A DNA stretch of 37,472 bases from a virus (taxonomy: Duplodnaviria > Heunggongvirae > Uroviricota > Caudoviricetes), in the IMG/VR virus record IMGVR_UViG_2561511241_000010; one strand, given 5' to 3'. This document shows positions 17,073 through 26,411 of this stretch, piece by piece. The notes under the pieces were generated by a model that saw nothing but the letters and a program-made list of their open reading frames with translations, had not been told where the DNA came from and did no database searches. Each line of letters begins with the position of its first letter. The stretch's first letter is position 1. The translations under genes and the position numbers were made by a program.

Positions 17073-18230
17073 TCATGAGCCAGAAGAGAAAGTGCCCTTG
17101 ATGATTGCCGTCGGGCGATAGTGCGCCAGCGCAAGGCGTTCTTCACACAGGATGGTCAGCATGTTTTTCACGAAGTTGTCGCGATCTTCGCGGCTGACTT
17201 CTACGGTGGCATCCATGCGATCCCACACCTGTGAGGCCATATCAAAACCGCCCACCGTAAAGGTGCCGGCGGCTTGCGCCTTAGTCGGAACCACTGGCAG
17301 GCCCCACATGATGTTGCTGGTAAACGCCTGAGGACCACCGAAGATATAGCGGCCTTCGTTGTCTTTCAGCAGCGCAATGTTGTGCCAGTCGCGCGGGTTC
17401 AGGACGATACCGGAAGCGCTAAACTCAGACTCTGTCACCTGGTAAATAGCGTGAGCGATGATGTCAGCACGGGTGTCACCAGTGGCATTCAGCGAGGTGT
17501 CGTAGGCGGTTGCCACTTTGTTCAGACCTTCCAGGTTATCCCCGGTACCGTCGCCGTTCAGCAGTTGGCCCTCTTCCTTCAGCGCCAGGCCATACATCAG
17601 ACGGCCGTTGACGTATGACTGCAGCATTGGCGCATCGTCCATCACCTGACGTGATGCCTGCACCCAGTGCGCGATAGTCTTCACGTTCGCGGTCTGCTTG
17701 CTGAATGTGATATCCGATTCTGGCTTAAGCGCTTTCTCAGCCACCACATCGGCGTTATTGGTAAACACCTCTTCACGCACATATTCCAGAGCGTTACTGG
17801 AAATGCGGCCCTGAGCCAGCAGGTCACGGATGGTCAGACGGCGCAGGCCCGGCATGATAATTCCCGGGATCTGCATAGGCTGGATCAGTGCGCCAGCAGA
17901 GTCAGCGTCACTGCCGAGCGACTTATTGAACGTCTTCGCGTCGAAGGTGCCCTGTTTACCGTCCCATGACTTAATGAGCTCTTCAGCAGCTCGTTCAGAG
18001 AAGGATTTCTTCTCACCCGGATTTTCAGCGCCGGATGCCAGTTTCTGTTCAAGATCGAAGAGGCGGGTACCGGATTTGGTCAGTTCTTCCTGTACCTTCA
18101 CCAGGTCGGCCTGCAGCTGTTTGGATACCTTACCCGTGCTTTCGATTTCTGCTTTCTGTGCATCGAAAAGCTGGGACATTTTCTGCTGGGATTCTTCAAT
18201 AGCTTTTTGAATGAGAGCGAGTTCAGACAT
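17073..18230 (-). CDS. Major capsid protein, HK97 fold
   Basis: 385 aa with N-terminal coiled-coil delta domain followed by a capsid domain; follows the protease gene. Confidence 0.9.
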   Translation of the reverse strand: MSELALIQKAIEESQQKMSQLFDAQKAEIESTGKVSKQLQADLVKVQEELTKSGTRLFDLEQKLASGAENPGEKKSFSERAAEELIKSWDGKQGTFDAKTFNKSLGSDADSAGALIQPMQIPGIIMPGLRRLTIRDLLAQGRISSNALEYVREEVFTNNADVVAEKALKPESDITFSKQTANVKTIAHWVQASRQVMDDAPMLQSYVNGRLMYGLALKEEGQLLNGDGTGDNLEGLNKVATAYDTSLNATGDTRADIIAHAIYQVTESEFSASGIVLNPRDWHNIALLKDNEGRYIFGGPQAFTSNIMWGLPVVPTKAQAAGTFTVGGFDMASQVWDRMDATVEVSREDRDNFVKNMLTILCEERLALAHYRPTAIIKGTFSSGS

Positions 18231-18232
18231 AA

Positions 18233-18922
18233 TTAATTACCTAAATTAGAAGGGAAAGATTTAATGCTCTGAAGCAGAGCGTTGATTTGTGCTTCGTTTC
18301 CGTCGCCCTCGGACTCGCTCCGAATCGCTGACTTAAACCGGGCTATTAGCCCAACTGCCTGTGATTTGGTGAGCCCGACTGAATCCCTCAGCCAGTTCTC
18401 CACATCACGAATTGTTTCAATGCCGTCGACACTCTTCATGGCTGCGATGCCAGCCTGTTCGTTGGCGGGGAAGGTGCAGACGCTGATTTCACGCAGAGCC
18501 TGGATATTCTTAAAAATGCGGCCTGTTGGAATGATGGTGTAATCGTCTTTCGCAACGGAAAAGCCAACCGACATACCTTCAACCGTACCGTGCTGCATTG
18601 CCGCTTTCAGGTCGGCGGCGCCGCTGTGCCCTGGGGTAAGTTGACCGCGCACATACAGGCCTTTTTCGTCTTCGGCCAGGCTGTCCCATTTACCAACCGG
18701 CAGCTCCCACGTCTTGTGGTTGAAAAACATCGCCACTTTGCGGGTCTGGTTCGCCAGTGCGTATTTAAACGCCCCGGGCAGAATGATGTCGCCATCGGAA
18801 TCGGTGTTATTAAAAACAGAGGCGTAGCCTTCAAAAATCCCCTGTTTACCGTCACCGGTGAATTTTATTTCTGTCTCGTCGAAGGACAGCGTTTTTACGA
18901 TCTCAGGCATTACGGCCCCCAT
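18233..18922 (-). CDS. Prohead maturation protease (HK97 family)
   Basis: 229 aa between portal and capsid genes. Confidence 0.85.
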   Translation of the reverse strand: MGAVMPEIVKTLSFDETEIKFTGDGKQGIFEGYASVFNNTDSDGDIILPGAFKYALANQTRKVAMFFNHKTWELPVGKWDSLAEDEKGLYVRGQLTPGHSGAADLKAAMQHGTVEGMSVGFSVAKDDYTIIPTGRIFKNIQALREISVCTFPANEQAGIAAMKSVDGIETIRDVENWLRDSVGLTKSQAVGLIARFKSAIRSESEGDGNEAQINALLQSIKSFPSNLGN

Positions 18923-18927
18923 AAAAA

Positions 18928-20205
18928 TTAAGCCCCGTTATTACGGGGCTCTTTGTTGGTTCCTAAATCGGTGATCGGCACGTATTGCGACTGGCGCATA
19001 GCCACATCGCCACCCGGCAATGGCGGGAGGTTGTCCGTTCGTCGCATCTCGTTGATGGTGCGTAGCCCTGCCTCTCCCATTGCCTTCATAAAGGCTGCGC
19101 GGGATGCCGAATCGCCCCTCAGCAGGCCGTCGAGATTGTGCTCAGCATGAATGCGGCCAACATCCTTAGCGGGAATAAGCCACCGCTGAATGCTGTTTTC
19201 CCACCGGGAGATATAGGGCTGCAGGGTGTACTGCAGGAAGCCGAGATTCTGCTGCTCAATGCCCGATCCCCAGCTCGTTGATTTCTCGACGTCGCCGACA
19301 AGGTGAGGCGGTACGCCAAAGAATCGCGCCAGTTCACTTACCTGAAATTTTCGGGACGCCATCATTTCGGCATCCTGCGGCGTTACGCCAATTGCCGATG
19401 TGGAAAAGCCCGCTTCCAGAATCCAGAGGCGTTTTTTAACCGGACCGCCGGCGATCTCTTTGAAGTTCTCTTCGACCTGCGAGCGCTGCTGTTCAGTCAG
19501 CACTTTTTCGCCGGTTGAGAGGATTTGCGGAGACTTGGCGCCGTTGGCAAAGAAATCTCGCTGCTGGTCCTCCATCGCAACTGCCACACCTGCCGATTTA
19601 CAGGCAAAAGCAATTGGTGACAGGCCGACCAGCCCGGTGAATCCGAAACCTTTAAGGTGAAAAATCTCTCTCTGCGAAAAGTCGGCGTATTCGCTGTCGC
19701 GTTGATAGCGATAAACCACTTTTTTCCCGACGAGTTTCACATCCATATTGGCAGACTGAAGCGGGAGAAGGCTGATCACGTCACCCGCGCTGTTGCGGTC
19801 CACCAGTGCATACGCGTTACCGTAGAAACAGAGCTGCATCGTCATGGCCTCCCTGAACTCCTGGGCGGTCATGTACTGATTCGGTGAGTAGCGCAGCAGT
19901 CGCGCCAGCGGATTGCTCAAACCCACTTTTTTGCGGTTGTCATTCTGGTCGGTTTCGAAGACATCAAGCGGTAAGCATGCCGTGAGCGTTGAAATCAGGC
20001 TCACGCAGCGCCAAACCGTCGAAATTTGCAGTATCCGTTCATCGTTAATGGATGAATCGCCCAGGTGTCCATAGGCCGAAACAGGCCCCGTCTGTGAGCC
20101 CTGATTTGGGGTGACTAAACGCCCGCCGACAAACCAGGACTGCAGCCTTGCCCACCAGCCGTTATTGGTTCGCAGGTCAATCGTGTATTTAGGTTCTTCC
20201 ATCAC
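18928..20205 (-). CDS. Portal protein
   Basis: 425 aa between large terminase and protease; 4-nt overlap with the terminase gene. Confidence 0.9.
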   Translation of the reverse strand: MMEEPKYTIDLRTNNGWWARLQSWFVGGRLVTPNQGSQTGPVSAYGHLGDSSINDERILQISTVWRCVSLISTLTACLPLDVFETDQNDNRKKVGLSNPLARLLRYSPNQYMTAQEFREAMTMQLCFYGNAYALVDRNSAGDVISLLPLQSANMDVKLVGKKVVYRYQRDSEYADFSQREIFHLKGFGFTGLVGLSPIAFACKSAGVAVAMEDQQRDFFANGAKSPQILSTGEKVLTEQQRSQVEENFKEIAGGPVKKRLWILEAGFSTSAIGVTPQDAEMMASRKFQVSELARFFGVPPHLVGDVEKSTSWGSGIEQQNLGFLQYTLQPYISRWENSIQRWLIPAKDVGRIHAEHNLDGLLRGDSASRAAFMKAMGEAGLRTINEMRRTDNLPPLPGGDVAMRQSQYVPITDLGTNKEPRNNGA

Positions 20206-21716
20206 ATGCTCAGCGGTCGGAAAATGAAGTCGTCGAAGTCACCACCCTGTTCGGTAACTTCCCCATTAGCAGCACCAACGGACATTGTCATTGCGACCAT
20301 GCCATCAATACGGCCCGTTGCTTTGGATTTATCCAGCTTACGGTTGCCAGCAGCATCTTTTACGATCACCGCGTTCCAGGCACACATGGTTAACACCGGG
20401 TGCATGCCATGCCTCACCCGCCCGTTAAGCATCAGTGACTCAAGGGTGTCTACAGCCGGGCCCATATCCTTAAAGCCCTGGCCGAACTCGACCAGAGGAA
20501 GGCTCAGGCCGATGTCGTCAGCCTCTTTCCTGAACTGGTCAATGCGCCATCGGTCGAAGGCCATCGAAGTGAGGTCAAAATCACCGATGATTTCGGCGAT
20601 GTCGGCGACCACGAATGAGTAATCGACGGACGCACCGGGCGTGGTACGCAAAAGCCCCTCCCTTGCCCATACGTCATAGGGCGCGCGGTCTGTTTTGGAC
20701 CGTGCTTCCAATGTCTTTTGTGGGGTCCAGAAGAAGGGAAAGATATCCCAGACACCATCATCAGCCTCACCAGCGATAACCAGCGCCGTTAAGTCGTTCC
20801 TGGCCGACAGATCCAGCCCGGCATACCATTTCCTCGGTGTGTTAACCGGTACTCCACCGCACAACTCCCACACGCTGCGGGAGATAAACGGCGATACGGT
20901 CGACACTCTCTGATTAAGGTTGAGATTTCGGAAGGTGTTCTCAAAGCTTGGCATTCGGCCTGCCATTTCAGCCTGGCGCGCCATGTCTTTTTCAGATCTG
21001 AACGTTCCCAGCGCCGGGTTCGCAGCAAGCCAGGATTCTCGCTTACTGATATCAGCGTCTTTTGGCGCTTCGTAAACGTGGCAGACAATGTGCGGGTCTT
21101 TCGATTTGACCGCATCATCAATCCAGATGCTCAACAGGTCGGCATCGTTCGCCGCCTGGGTGCTGATAACGATAAGAAGCGGATTCTCATGCGCACCCTG
21201 GGCTGTAGTAATCGCGTCGATAAAATCATCCTGCGGCCCCCTTACCTGTCCGGTTTCGTCCAGAATCGCCAGAATCGGGGAAAGGCCGTGTGTGGTTTTA
21301 CCCTCAGCAGATAGCGCCTTGTATTCGACATTACACGGCAACCCTATTAGCTTTTTGCCACTGGGAATTATATGCACTAACACCTGCAGGTCCGGGTTCA
21401 GGTTCACCATCTTCACCGCGAGGTTGAAAACGATGGATGCCTGCTCGCGACTAAGCGCGCCGCTTACGATCTGGGTATTCTGTACCGCCTCTGGCCCCAC
21501 CAGATGCGCCAGCAGGATACCGGCTATCAGCCCTGTCTTTCCGTTTTTGCGCGCGATGCTCAGTATCGCTTTATCGGTTCCGACTGGATTGTCGTAAACC
21601 GCCAGGATGAATTCTTTCTGGAAGGGATCAAGCCTCATAGGCTTACCCAGAAGCTTGCCTTCCGGCACGATGCAATAGCGCTCAATGAACGCTATTACAC
21701 GCTCACCTCGCGTCAT
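20202..21716 (-). CDS. Terminase large subunit
   Basis: 504 aa with N-terminal ATPase region and C-terminal nuclease-like region; position. Confidence 0.9.
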   Translation of the reverse strand: MTRGERVIAFIERYCIVPEGKLLGKPMRLDPFQKEFILAVYDNPVGTDKAILSIARKNGKTGLIAGILLAHLVGPEAVQNTQIVSGALSREQASIVFNLAVKMVNLNPDLQVLVHIIPSGKKLIGLPCNVEYKALSAEGKTTHGLSPILAILDETGQVRGPQDDFIDAITTAQGAHENPLLIVISTQAANDADLLSIWIDDAVKSKDPHIVCHVYEAPKDADISKRESWLAANPALGTFRSEKDMARQAEMAGRMPSFENTFRNLNLNQRVSTVSPFISRSVWELCGGVPVNTPRKWYAGLDLSARNDLTALVIAGEADDGVWDIFPFFWTPQKTLEARSKTDRAPYDVWAREGLLRTTPGASVDYSFVVADIAEIIGDFDLTSMAFDRWRIDQFRKEADDIGLSLPLVEFGQGFKDMGPAVDTLESLMLNGRVRHGMHPVLTMCAWNAVIVKDAAGNRKLDKSKATGRIDGMVAMTMSVGAANGEVTEQGGDFDDFIFRPLSM

Positions 21717-21722
21717 AGTCTT

Positions 21723-22208
21723 TTATCCGTGCTTGGGAAAGGCGATCAGGTTGTCGTCCTGGCCCTGATGCTCGTTTTTCGTGTTTCGTGCATCACGATC
21801 ATTCTGATTGCGTTTCTTCTGGTCGCGGCTTTCACCGTTGGTTGCGTGGGAATGGATCTGCAGGTCACGGCGCTGAGCCAGGATAGTTCGCTGCAAATCA
21901 GGAATTTGTTTGCGGAGGTTTTTAATCAGCGCCTCATTTCTCGCTTCACCGCGCGCGCGTTCTTCTTTACGCAAATCTCTGCGTAAAACGGTGAGATAGA
22001 GCTGGTTATTTGCCAGTTCTACAGCGGCCAGAAGGTCGGCTGGCGTCCAGCTGTCCAGAGCTTTCGATCTGATATTGTCATGCCAGAATGGTTCGGCTTT
22101 TTTTTCCAAACCTGCATGGGACGGAGGATCGATGGTGTCCACTGCTGCATTTTTCATGGCCTGAACCGCTGCCGCCGAACTGTCGGAACGGGTTCGTTTA
22201 TCTGCCAT
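21723..22208 (-). CDS. Terminase small subunit
   Basis: 161 aa with basic C-terminus, immediately upstream of the large terminase. Confidence 0.7.
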   Translation of the reverse strand: MADKRTRSDSSAAAVQAMKNAAVDTIDPPSHAGLEKKAEPFWHDNIRSKALDSWTPADLLAAVELANNQLYLTVLRRDLRKEERARGEARNEALIKNLRKQIPDLQRTILAQRRDLQIHSHATNGESRDQKKRNQNDRDARNTKNEHQGQDDNLIAFPKHG

Positions 22209-22392
22209 ATGTCAACACCTTAAAACTAAAAAAATCGGGTTAGCGTTAAAATCAAACTTTGGCGGCGGTCATTTGGGGCAAAGGTTTTGAAGATTTGATC
22301 CCCCCCCCTGCCCTGATGCGATTCATTCTCATTTGATATCATTGCATTTGAAATGATTTCACATGACATGTAATCGACTTGCCACCGCCGCG
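22209..22392. other. Candidate cos / packaging-site region
   Basis: 184-bp non-coding gap between the HNH-side ORFs and the small terminase; contains a C9 run (22300..22308). Confidence 0.35.
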
Positions 22393-22596
22393 CTATGCCG
22401 AATGTTTGTCTACCTGTTCGAGTTTCCGATCGCCTTTCCCGTGCCCGGAGACAACATGCCATGAGACGGTCACTGTCGGCACCTCCTGCCCTACAGCGTG
22501 CGAGAACTGAATGGATGTCACGTCCTTCATCTCCACGCCATCAATCACCAGGCGAACGAATTTTCCATCGCGGTATTCAATGCTGAGGTCTTTCAT
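22393..22596 (-). CDS. Hypothetical small protein
   Basis: 67-aa ORF whose start overlaps the HNH stop by one nucleotide. Confidence 0.35.
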   Translation of the reverse strand: MKDLSIEYRDGKFVRLVIDGVEMKDVTSIQFSHAVGQEVPTVTVSWHVVSGHGKGDRKLEQVDKHSA

Positions 22597-22949
22597 TACG
22601 TGCTCCAGTGAGACGCAGGATCAAGCGGGTAGCCATTGGCATCACAGCCTATTACAGCGCCGCTCTTCTCCATTCTCTGTTTCGTTGAGTCGTGATGTGC
22701 TTTGCACAGTGGCTGCCAGTTCTCTTTACTCCAGAACAGGAGCTGTGCTTTCGATATAGCCAGCGGGTTACCTGACTTAAGCGCATCTTTGAGTTTGTGG
22801 GGTTCGATATGGTCAACCACCGTTGCTGGGGTTATGCGCCCCTGCTGCTCGCACATCACACATAGTGGGTGCTGCTGCAGGAAACGCAGACGGGCCTTAT
22901 CCCATCGGCTGCCATATACGCGGGGCTCTTTGTTCATGCCAGTCTCCAT
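22596..22949 (-). CDS. HNH endonuclease
   Basis: 117 aa with CxxC...H...CxxHH arrangement (CVMCEQQG...VDHIEPH...CKAHH). Confidence 0.85.
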   Translation of the reverse strand: METGMNKEPRVYGSRWDKARLRFLQQHPLCVMCEQQGRITPATVVDHIEPHKLKDALKSGNPLAISKAQLLFWSKENWQPLCKAHHDSTKQRMEKSGAVIGCDANGYPLDPASHWST

Positions 22950-23524
22950 GCGCGCCGGCGTTCCGTCCTCGGCTCGTTGTCAGGGTGACGCTCAACCGTC
23001 GGGAGGTCAGCGTGATCCACCAGCGAGTAACACGGATAAATCACCCGGCCACCGAATGCCTCACCGACGGCGTAATCAGCTGCCAGCGTTTTATTCCATG
23101 CGTTAAGCATGCGCGCCAGCCTGCCCTGAGGAGGGCTGTAACATACGCCGTGAATCAGTTTGCTTAATACGATGTGGTCACCACAGACGCGATCCGCATC
23201 CACCAGCATTCCGGCAATTTCTTTCTGATACTGCGGCGGTCGGCCGGTACCGAGATAAAAGCTCAGCATGTCGTCAGGGAAGCGCACCAGCCATTCAGTT
23301 ACCTTATCGGTGAAGCCCTGTACAGGAAGCGCGTCGTCTTCCAACACCACTACCCGGCATGTTTGCTCTGCTGCCCACTCAAGCGCACGCCGATGATTCC
23401 AGTTCGCGCCGCGGTTACCGTCATCAATAAGCAGATGAGCATCCAGCAGCGCGGTAAGTCGTTGCGCATGACCTATGCGAGAGTGATGGCCAACCACAAC
23501 AAACTTCACTTGTGTTTCCACCAT
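22934..23524 (-). CDS. Putative GT-A-fold glycosyltransferase-like protein
   Basis: 196 aa; pattern NHRRALEWAA...VVVLEDDALPV resembles the acidic-motif core of GT-A (family 25-like) transferases; overlap-coupled to both neighbours. Confidence 0.4.
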   Translation of the reverse strand: MVETQVKFVVVGHHSRIGHAQRLTALLDAHLLIDDGNRGANWNHRRALEWAAEQTCRVVVLEDDALPVQGFTDKVTEWLVRFPDDMLSFYLGTGRPPQYQKEIAGMLVDADRVCGDHIVLSKLIHGVCYSPPQGRLARMLNAWNKTLAADYAVGEAFGGRVIYPCYSLVDHADLPTVERHPDNEPRTERRRAWRLA

Positions 23525-24963
23525 GCGGCCTCCTTACCGATACCATCAGTTTTGAAAACGGTATGTACCAGGGGGCCGGTGACCAGCCTGTCAGCGAATG
23601 ACTGCGCGACAATACCGAACGCCAGCATGTCACCCACCGCGGCGCCAGCCTGTTCTTTCTTCCAGAAACGATAACTCTCTATCCGGTAGTAAAGACGGAT
23701 GATGCCGTGAGCAAACGCCATGACATCAGCGCGGGTACCGCCCAGCAGACCAGCGTTAAGCATCACATCGCCGCGGTGCGCTTCAATGAATTCTTGATAG
23801 ATACGCTCAGGATGATTCTGCTTTGCCCAGGTGTCGGCGTATGTCTTCGGTTCAGAACCGACGTAAACATTCCCGGGCTGCATTTCTTCCCACGGCGCGC
23901 GAAGCATTTCGACATCGGTACCATCTGTACACCACACGAACCGGTATTCAGGGTGATCGCGTAGGTGCTGCCAGATATGCAGCCAGCGCCGGAAGTAGAC
24001 ATTCATCTTCACGTCAGGAACGCGGTAAAGCTCAACGTCTGCCGGTGCCGTCTGTAGTTCATCCACCAGCGCGATGCGGCCACAATGTCGAAGCGAGGCC
24101 GCCCACCCGCTCAACATGTCAGGTGAGGCTACCATTCTCGTACCGCGCTGGGGGTCGGGCTGGCTGGTCAGTAGCGTAGTGATAACCACGTCGCGCTGCT
24201 GGCGGTATTCAACGTAACCAGTAAACCCGGCGTCACGACGTTCGTTGTGGATCTTCACGTTACGTTCCACCAGCGCCTGTCGGTCGGGACGCGGTACCGA
24301 ACGCTCAACGGCTTCATGCTCATCGAGAGAGTGGATCAGCTTTTCTGAACCGAAGACATCAGCGTAAGCCCACGTCGTGAGGCCAGCGTTATGAATCCGC
24401 ATGGCGAGGTCGCTGTGTTCGTACATGCCGCGACCGTAAACCGTATCGAAACCGCCAACCTTCTCGACAGCGCTACGGTGGTAATACAGCATCACGCCGC
24501 GCTGCCCGGTGTAAGCGATGTGCTTATCATCCCGGTACAGGACTGCCATATCCTTCAGCTTATTCGTCCCTGCCAGATCGAGGAACTGGTAAGCCAGGTG
24601 CGGTTCGGGTGATTCGACGTATGGCAGGTGCCAGTTATCAACGATGGGCCAGGCGTCATCGTCCCAAAGGAATAGATGCTCACATCCGGCGTCCATCAGC
24701 GCGGTTAAACTGGCGTTCTTAGAAGCAACAATGCCGAGTGATGTTTCATGGCGAAGCAGCTGCACGCCATCAGGCACTACTGCGGCAGGTTTAGAGCCAT
24801 CGTCGATAACCACCACCAGCGCACCGATGGGAAGATGTTTGGTGTGCTGCTCAATGGCACGCTTTAAAACGTCTGGCCGGTTATGGGTAGTTATGGCAAT
24901 GCCAATCCGTGACGCTGAAGCGCAAGCGGGTACAAACGGGACACCATCAATAGTGACCTGCAT
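23506..24963 (-). CDS. Two-domain protein with N-terminal family 2 glycosyltransferase domain
   Basis: 485 aa; N-terminus IGIAITTHNRPDVLKRAIEQ...VVVIDDGS...LWDDDAWP carries GT2 signature motifs; about 230-aa C-terminal domain of unknown function; no long hydrophobic segments; GTGGAGAA ribosome-binding site. Confidence 0.65.
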   Translation of the reverse strand: MQVTIDGVPFVPACASASRIGIAITTHNRPDVLKRAIEQHTKHLPIGALVVVIDDGSKPAAVVPDGVQLLRHETSLGIVASKNASLTALMDAGCEHLFLWDDDAWPIVDNWHLPYVESPEPHLAYQFLDLAGTNKLKDMAVLYRDDKHIAYTGQRGVMLYYHRSAVEKVGGFDTVYGRGMYEHSDLAMRIHNAGLTTWAYADVFGSEKLIHSLDEHEAVERSVPRPDRQALVERNVKIHNERRDAGFTGYVEYRQQRDVVITTLLTSQPDPQRGTRMVASPDMLSGWAASLRHCGRIALVDELQTAPADVELYRVPDVKMNVYFRRWLHIWQHLRDHPEYRFVWCTDGTDVEMLRAPWEEMQPGNVYVGSEPKTYADTWAKQNHPERIYQEFIEAHRGDVMLNAGLLGGTRADVMAFAHGIIRLYYRIESYRFWKKEQAGAAVGDMLAFGIVAQSFADRLVTGPLVHTVFKTDGIGKEAAWWKHK

Positions 24964-25230
24964 AGATTCTCCACACTAATAAAAAGATCATTACTTACCT
25001 GTGACCCTTTTGAGTCGTCATACAGAATCAGTTTCAATGAAAATAGATATAATCAAATTGGATAAGAAAATTATTTTTATTACATTGATTCATATGTGGA
25101 ATTTTCAATGATTGCTCTTAGTTTGTTACTGATTTTTAGGTTATCGTCTAAAGACATGTCTCAGTGTCGAACTGAATAACGTGTGTCAAAAACAAATTAA
25201 AATCCAAACAGCGCACTCATTGGAGAGCTT

Positions 25231-25581
25231 ATGACTAGTGTAAGAATCCTTGGCGGTTTTATCTCTGACGCAGCAAAAGATGGCATCTACATAGGTGGAA
25301 AAGGGGTAAAAGTTGAGATTGAGAATACGGAGATTCGTAACACCGGTCGCTCTGGTGTCCATGTTTCCGAAAATGATACTGAATTTTTATATCCTAAAGG
25401 TTTGAATCCAGAGACTCCCAAAGAGTTGCTCATCAAAGCTCAAGAGGAGCTAAAGGTAAACGAAGCAACAGGAAGGGCAGACGAAGCTACCATTTTTTCC
25501 AAAATAGGATTGTCCGATTGGATAGAAAAAGGTGCAAACTTAACTGTCATCGCAGATTTTTTAATGAATACTTTTAAGTAG
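25231..25581 (+). CDS. Hypothetical protein on an AT-rich moron
   Basis: 116-aa ORF with GGAGAG ribosome-binding site, opposite to all flanking phage genes, preceded by about 270 bp of AT-rich DNA. Confidence 0.45.
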   Translation: MTSVRILGGFISDAAKDGIYIGGKGVKVEIENTEIRNTGRSGVHVSENDTEFLYPKGLNPETPKELLIKAQEELKVNEATGRADEATIFSKIGLSDWIEKGANLTVIADFLMNTFK

Positions 25582-25620
25582 TCATTAATTAGCTACTACG
25601 CAGTGCCTAAAACTCAACCT

Positions 25621-25659
25621 CTATTTTAAAGTCCCCACAAGTTGATAATTTGTGGGGAC
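25621..25659 (-). terminator. Terminator hairpin between the lysis operon and the moron
   Basis: Perfect 10-bp stem GTCCCCACAA/TTGTGGGGAC with 9-nt loop; T-rich tract follows on the minus strand. Confidence 0.5.
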
Positions 25660-25699
25660 AACCATTATCAAGCCCACTAGCAGGTGAGCTTTGTAATGG

Positions 25700-25984
25700 C
25701 TAACAGTCGGCATCTGGACGCGCTACAGCACGACAGGCCCACATGCAGGCTTCCTGCATTTTGGTGCGCGCAATGGCGAGACAGCGCAGCGCCTCTGAAC
25801 GATCGCTAGCCTCATCAGAGTTGGCCTCCACTACCTGCAAAGATAGATGTGTGCGTTCAAGGTCCAACTGCTCGCAAAAATCACGGCTAATTTCCTTCAG
25901 GCCATTCATTTGAGCAATATCGTCTGCGGAGAGGGTTCGATATCCTTTTACTGTACTTCCGTCCTGTGGTTTAGCTTCACTCAT
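25700..25984 (-). CDS. Hypothetical protein at the end of the lysis cassette
   Basis: Start chosen at internal Met (MSEAKPQ), which overlaps the upstream lipoprotein stop; about 94 aa, soluble. Confidence 0.4.
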   Translation of the reverse strand: MSEAKPQDGSTVKGYRTLSADDIAQMNGLKEISRDFCEQLDLERTHLSLQVVEANSDEASDRSEALRCLAIARTKMQEACMWACRAVARPDADC

Positions 25985-26214
25985 GGAGTTCTCTTCTCGG
26001 TTGGTTTCTGGCAGTTCGCCTGCCACGCTTTGTTATGCGCCAGGATGTCTTTCTTCGTCTGGCGGTCCAGAACATCCCAGTCGTGATCCGTTCCGTATAT
26101 GGGTTTAACCCAGTCGCAAGCCGTGTCCACTACTTCAACCTTTACGGGTCCAGTTGTCCCGCAGCTCGCGATCAACATCGTCGCCAGACATATGGTTAAC
26201 AGTTTGCTGTACAT
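25981..26214 (-). CDS. Outer-membrane lipoprotein, o-spanin-like
   Basis: Signal peptide with lipobox LIASC; start lies inside the 3' end of the upstream membrane-protein gene in another frame. Confidence 0.5.
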   Translation of the reverse strand: MYSKLLTICLATMLIASCGTTGPVKVEVVDTACDWVKPIYGTDHDWDVLDRQTKKDILAHNKAWQANCQKPTEKRTP

Positions 26215-26404
26215 TGCTGGCCTCTTTCGTTGTCTCTACCCGGCGATCTGCTGCTGCGACCGTTGCAACAGCGTTATCTTCGGTGCGCTGCTGATCTGCT
26301 TTTGCTTCTGCTTTGCTTGAGCCGCGAATATGGCCCAGGCCGAAAGCGCCAGCGATGGCGGCAATGACTGCTGCAGCAATACCAATTAAAGTTTCAAACC
26401 CCAT
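26135..26404 (-). CDS. i-spanin-like membrane protein
   Basis: Start at internal Met (MGFETLIGIAAAVIAAIAG), 8 nt after the endolysin stop; N-terminal transmembrane segment then charged region. Confidence 0.4.
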   Translation of the reverse strand: MGFETLIGIAAAVIAAIAGAFGLGHIRGSSKAEAKADQQRTEDNAVATVAAADRRVETTKEASNVQQTVNHMSGDDVDRELRDNWTRKG

Positions 26405-26411
26405 AGTGACC

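Noticed and set aside
22300-22308. C9 homopolymer as a slipped-strand phase-variation tract
   Set aside because: It is in a non-coding gap rather than within or directly upstream of a coding start, and a cos-region explanation fits better; length variation cannot be assessed from one sequence.
25981-26404. Confident Rz/Rz1 spanin assignment
   Set aside because: The inner-membrane candidate is short (89 aa) and the lipoprotein is not proline-rich, so the pair is reported only as spanin-like at reduced confidence.
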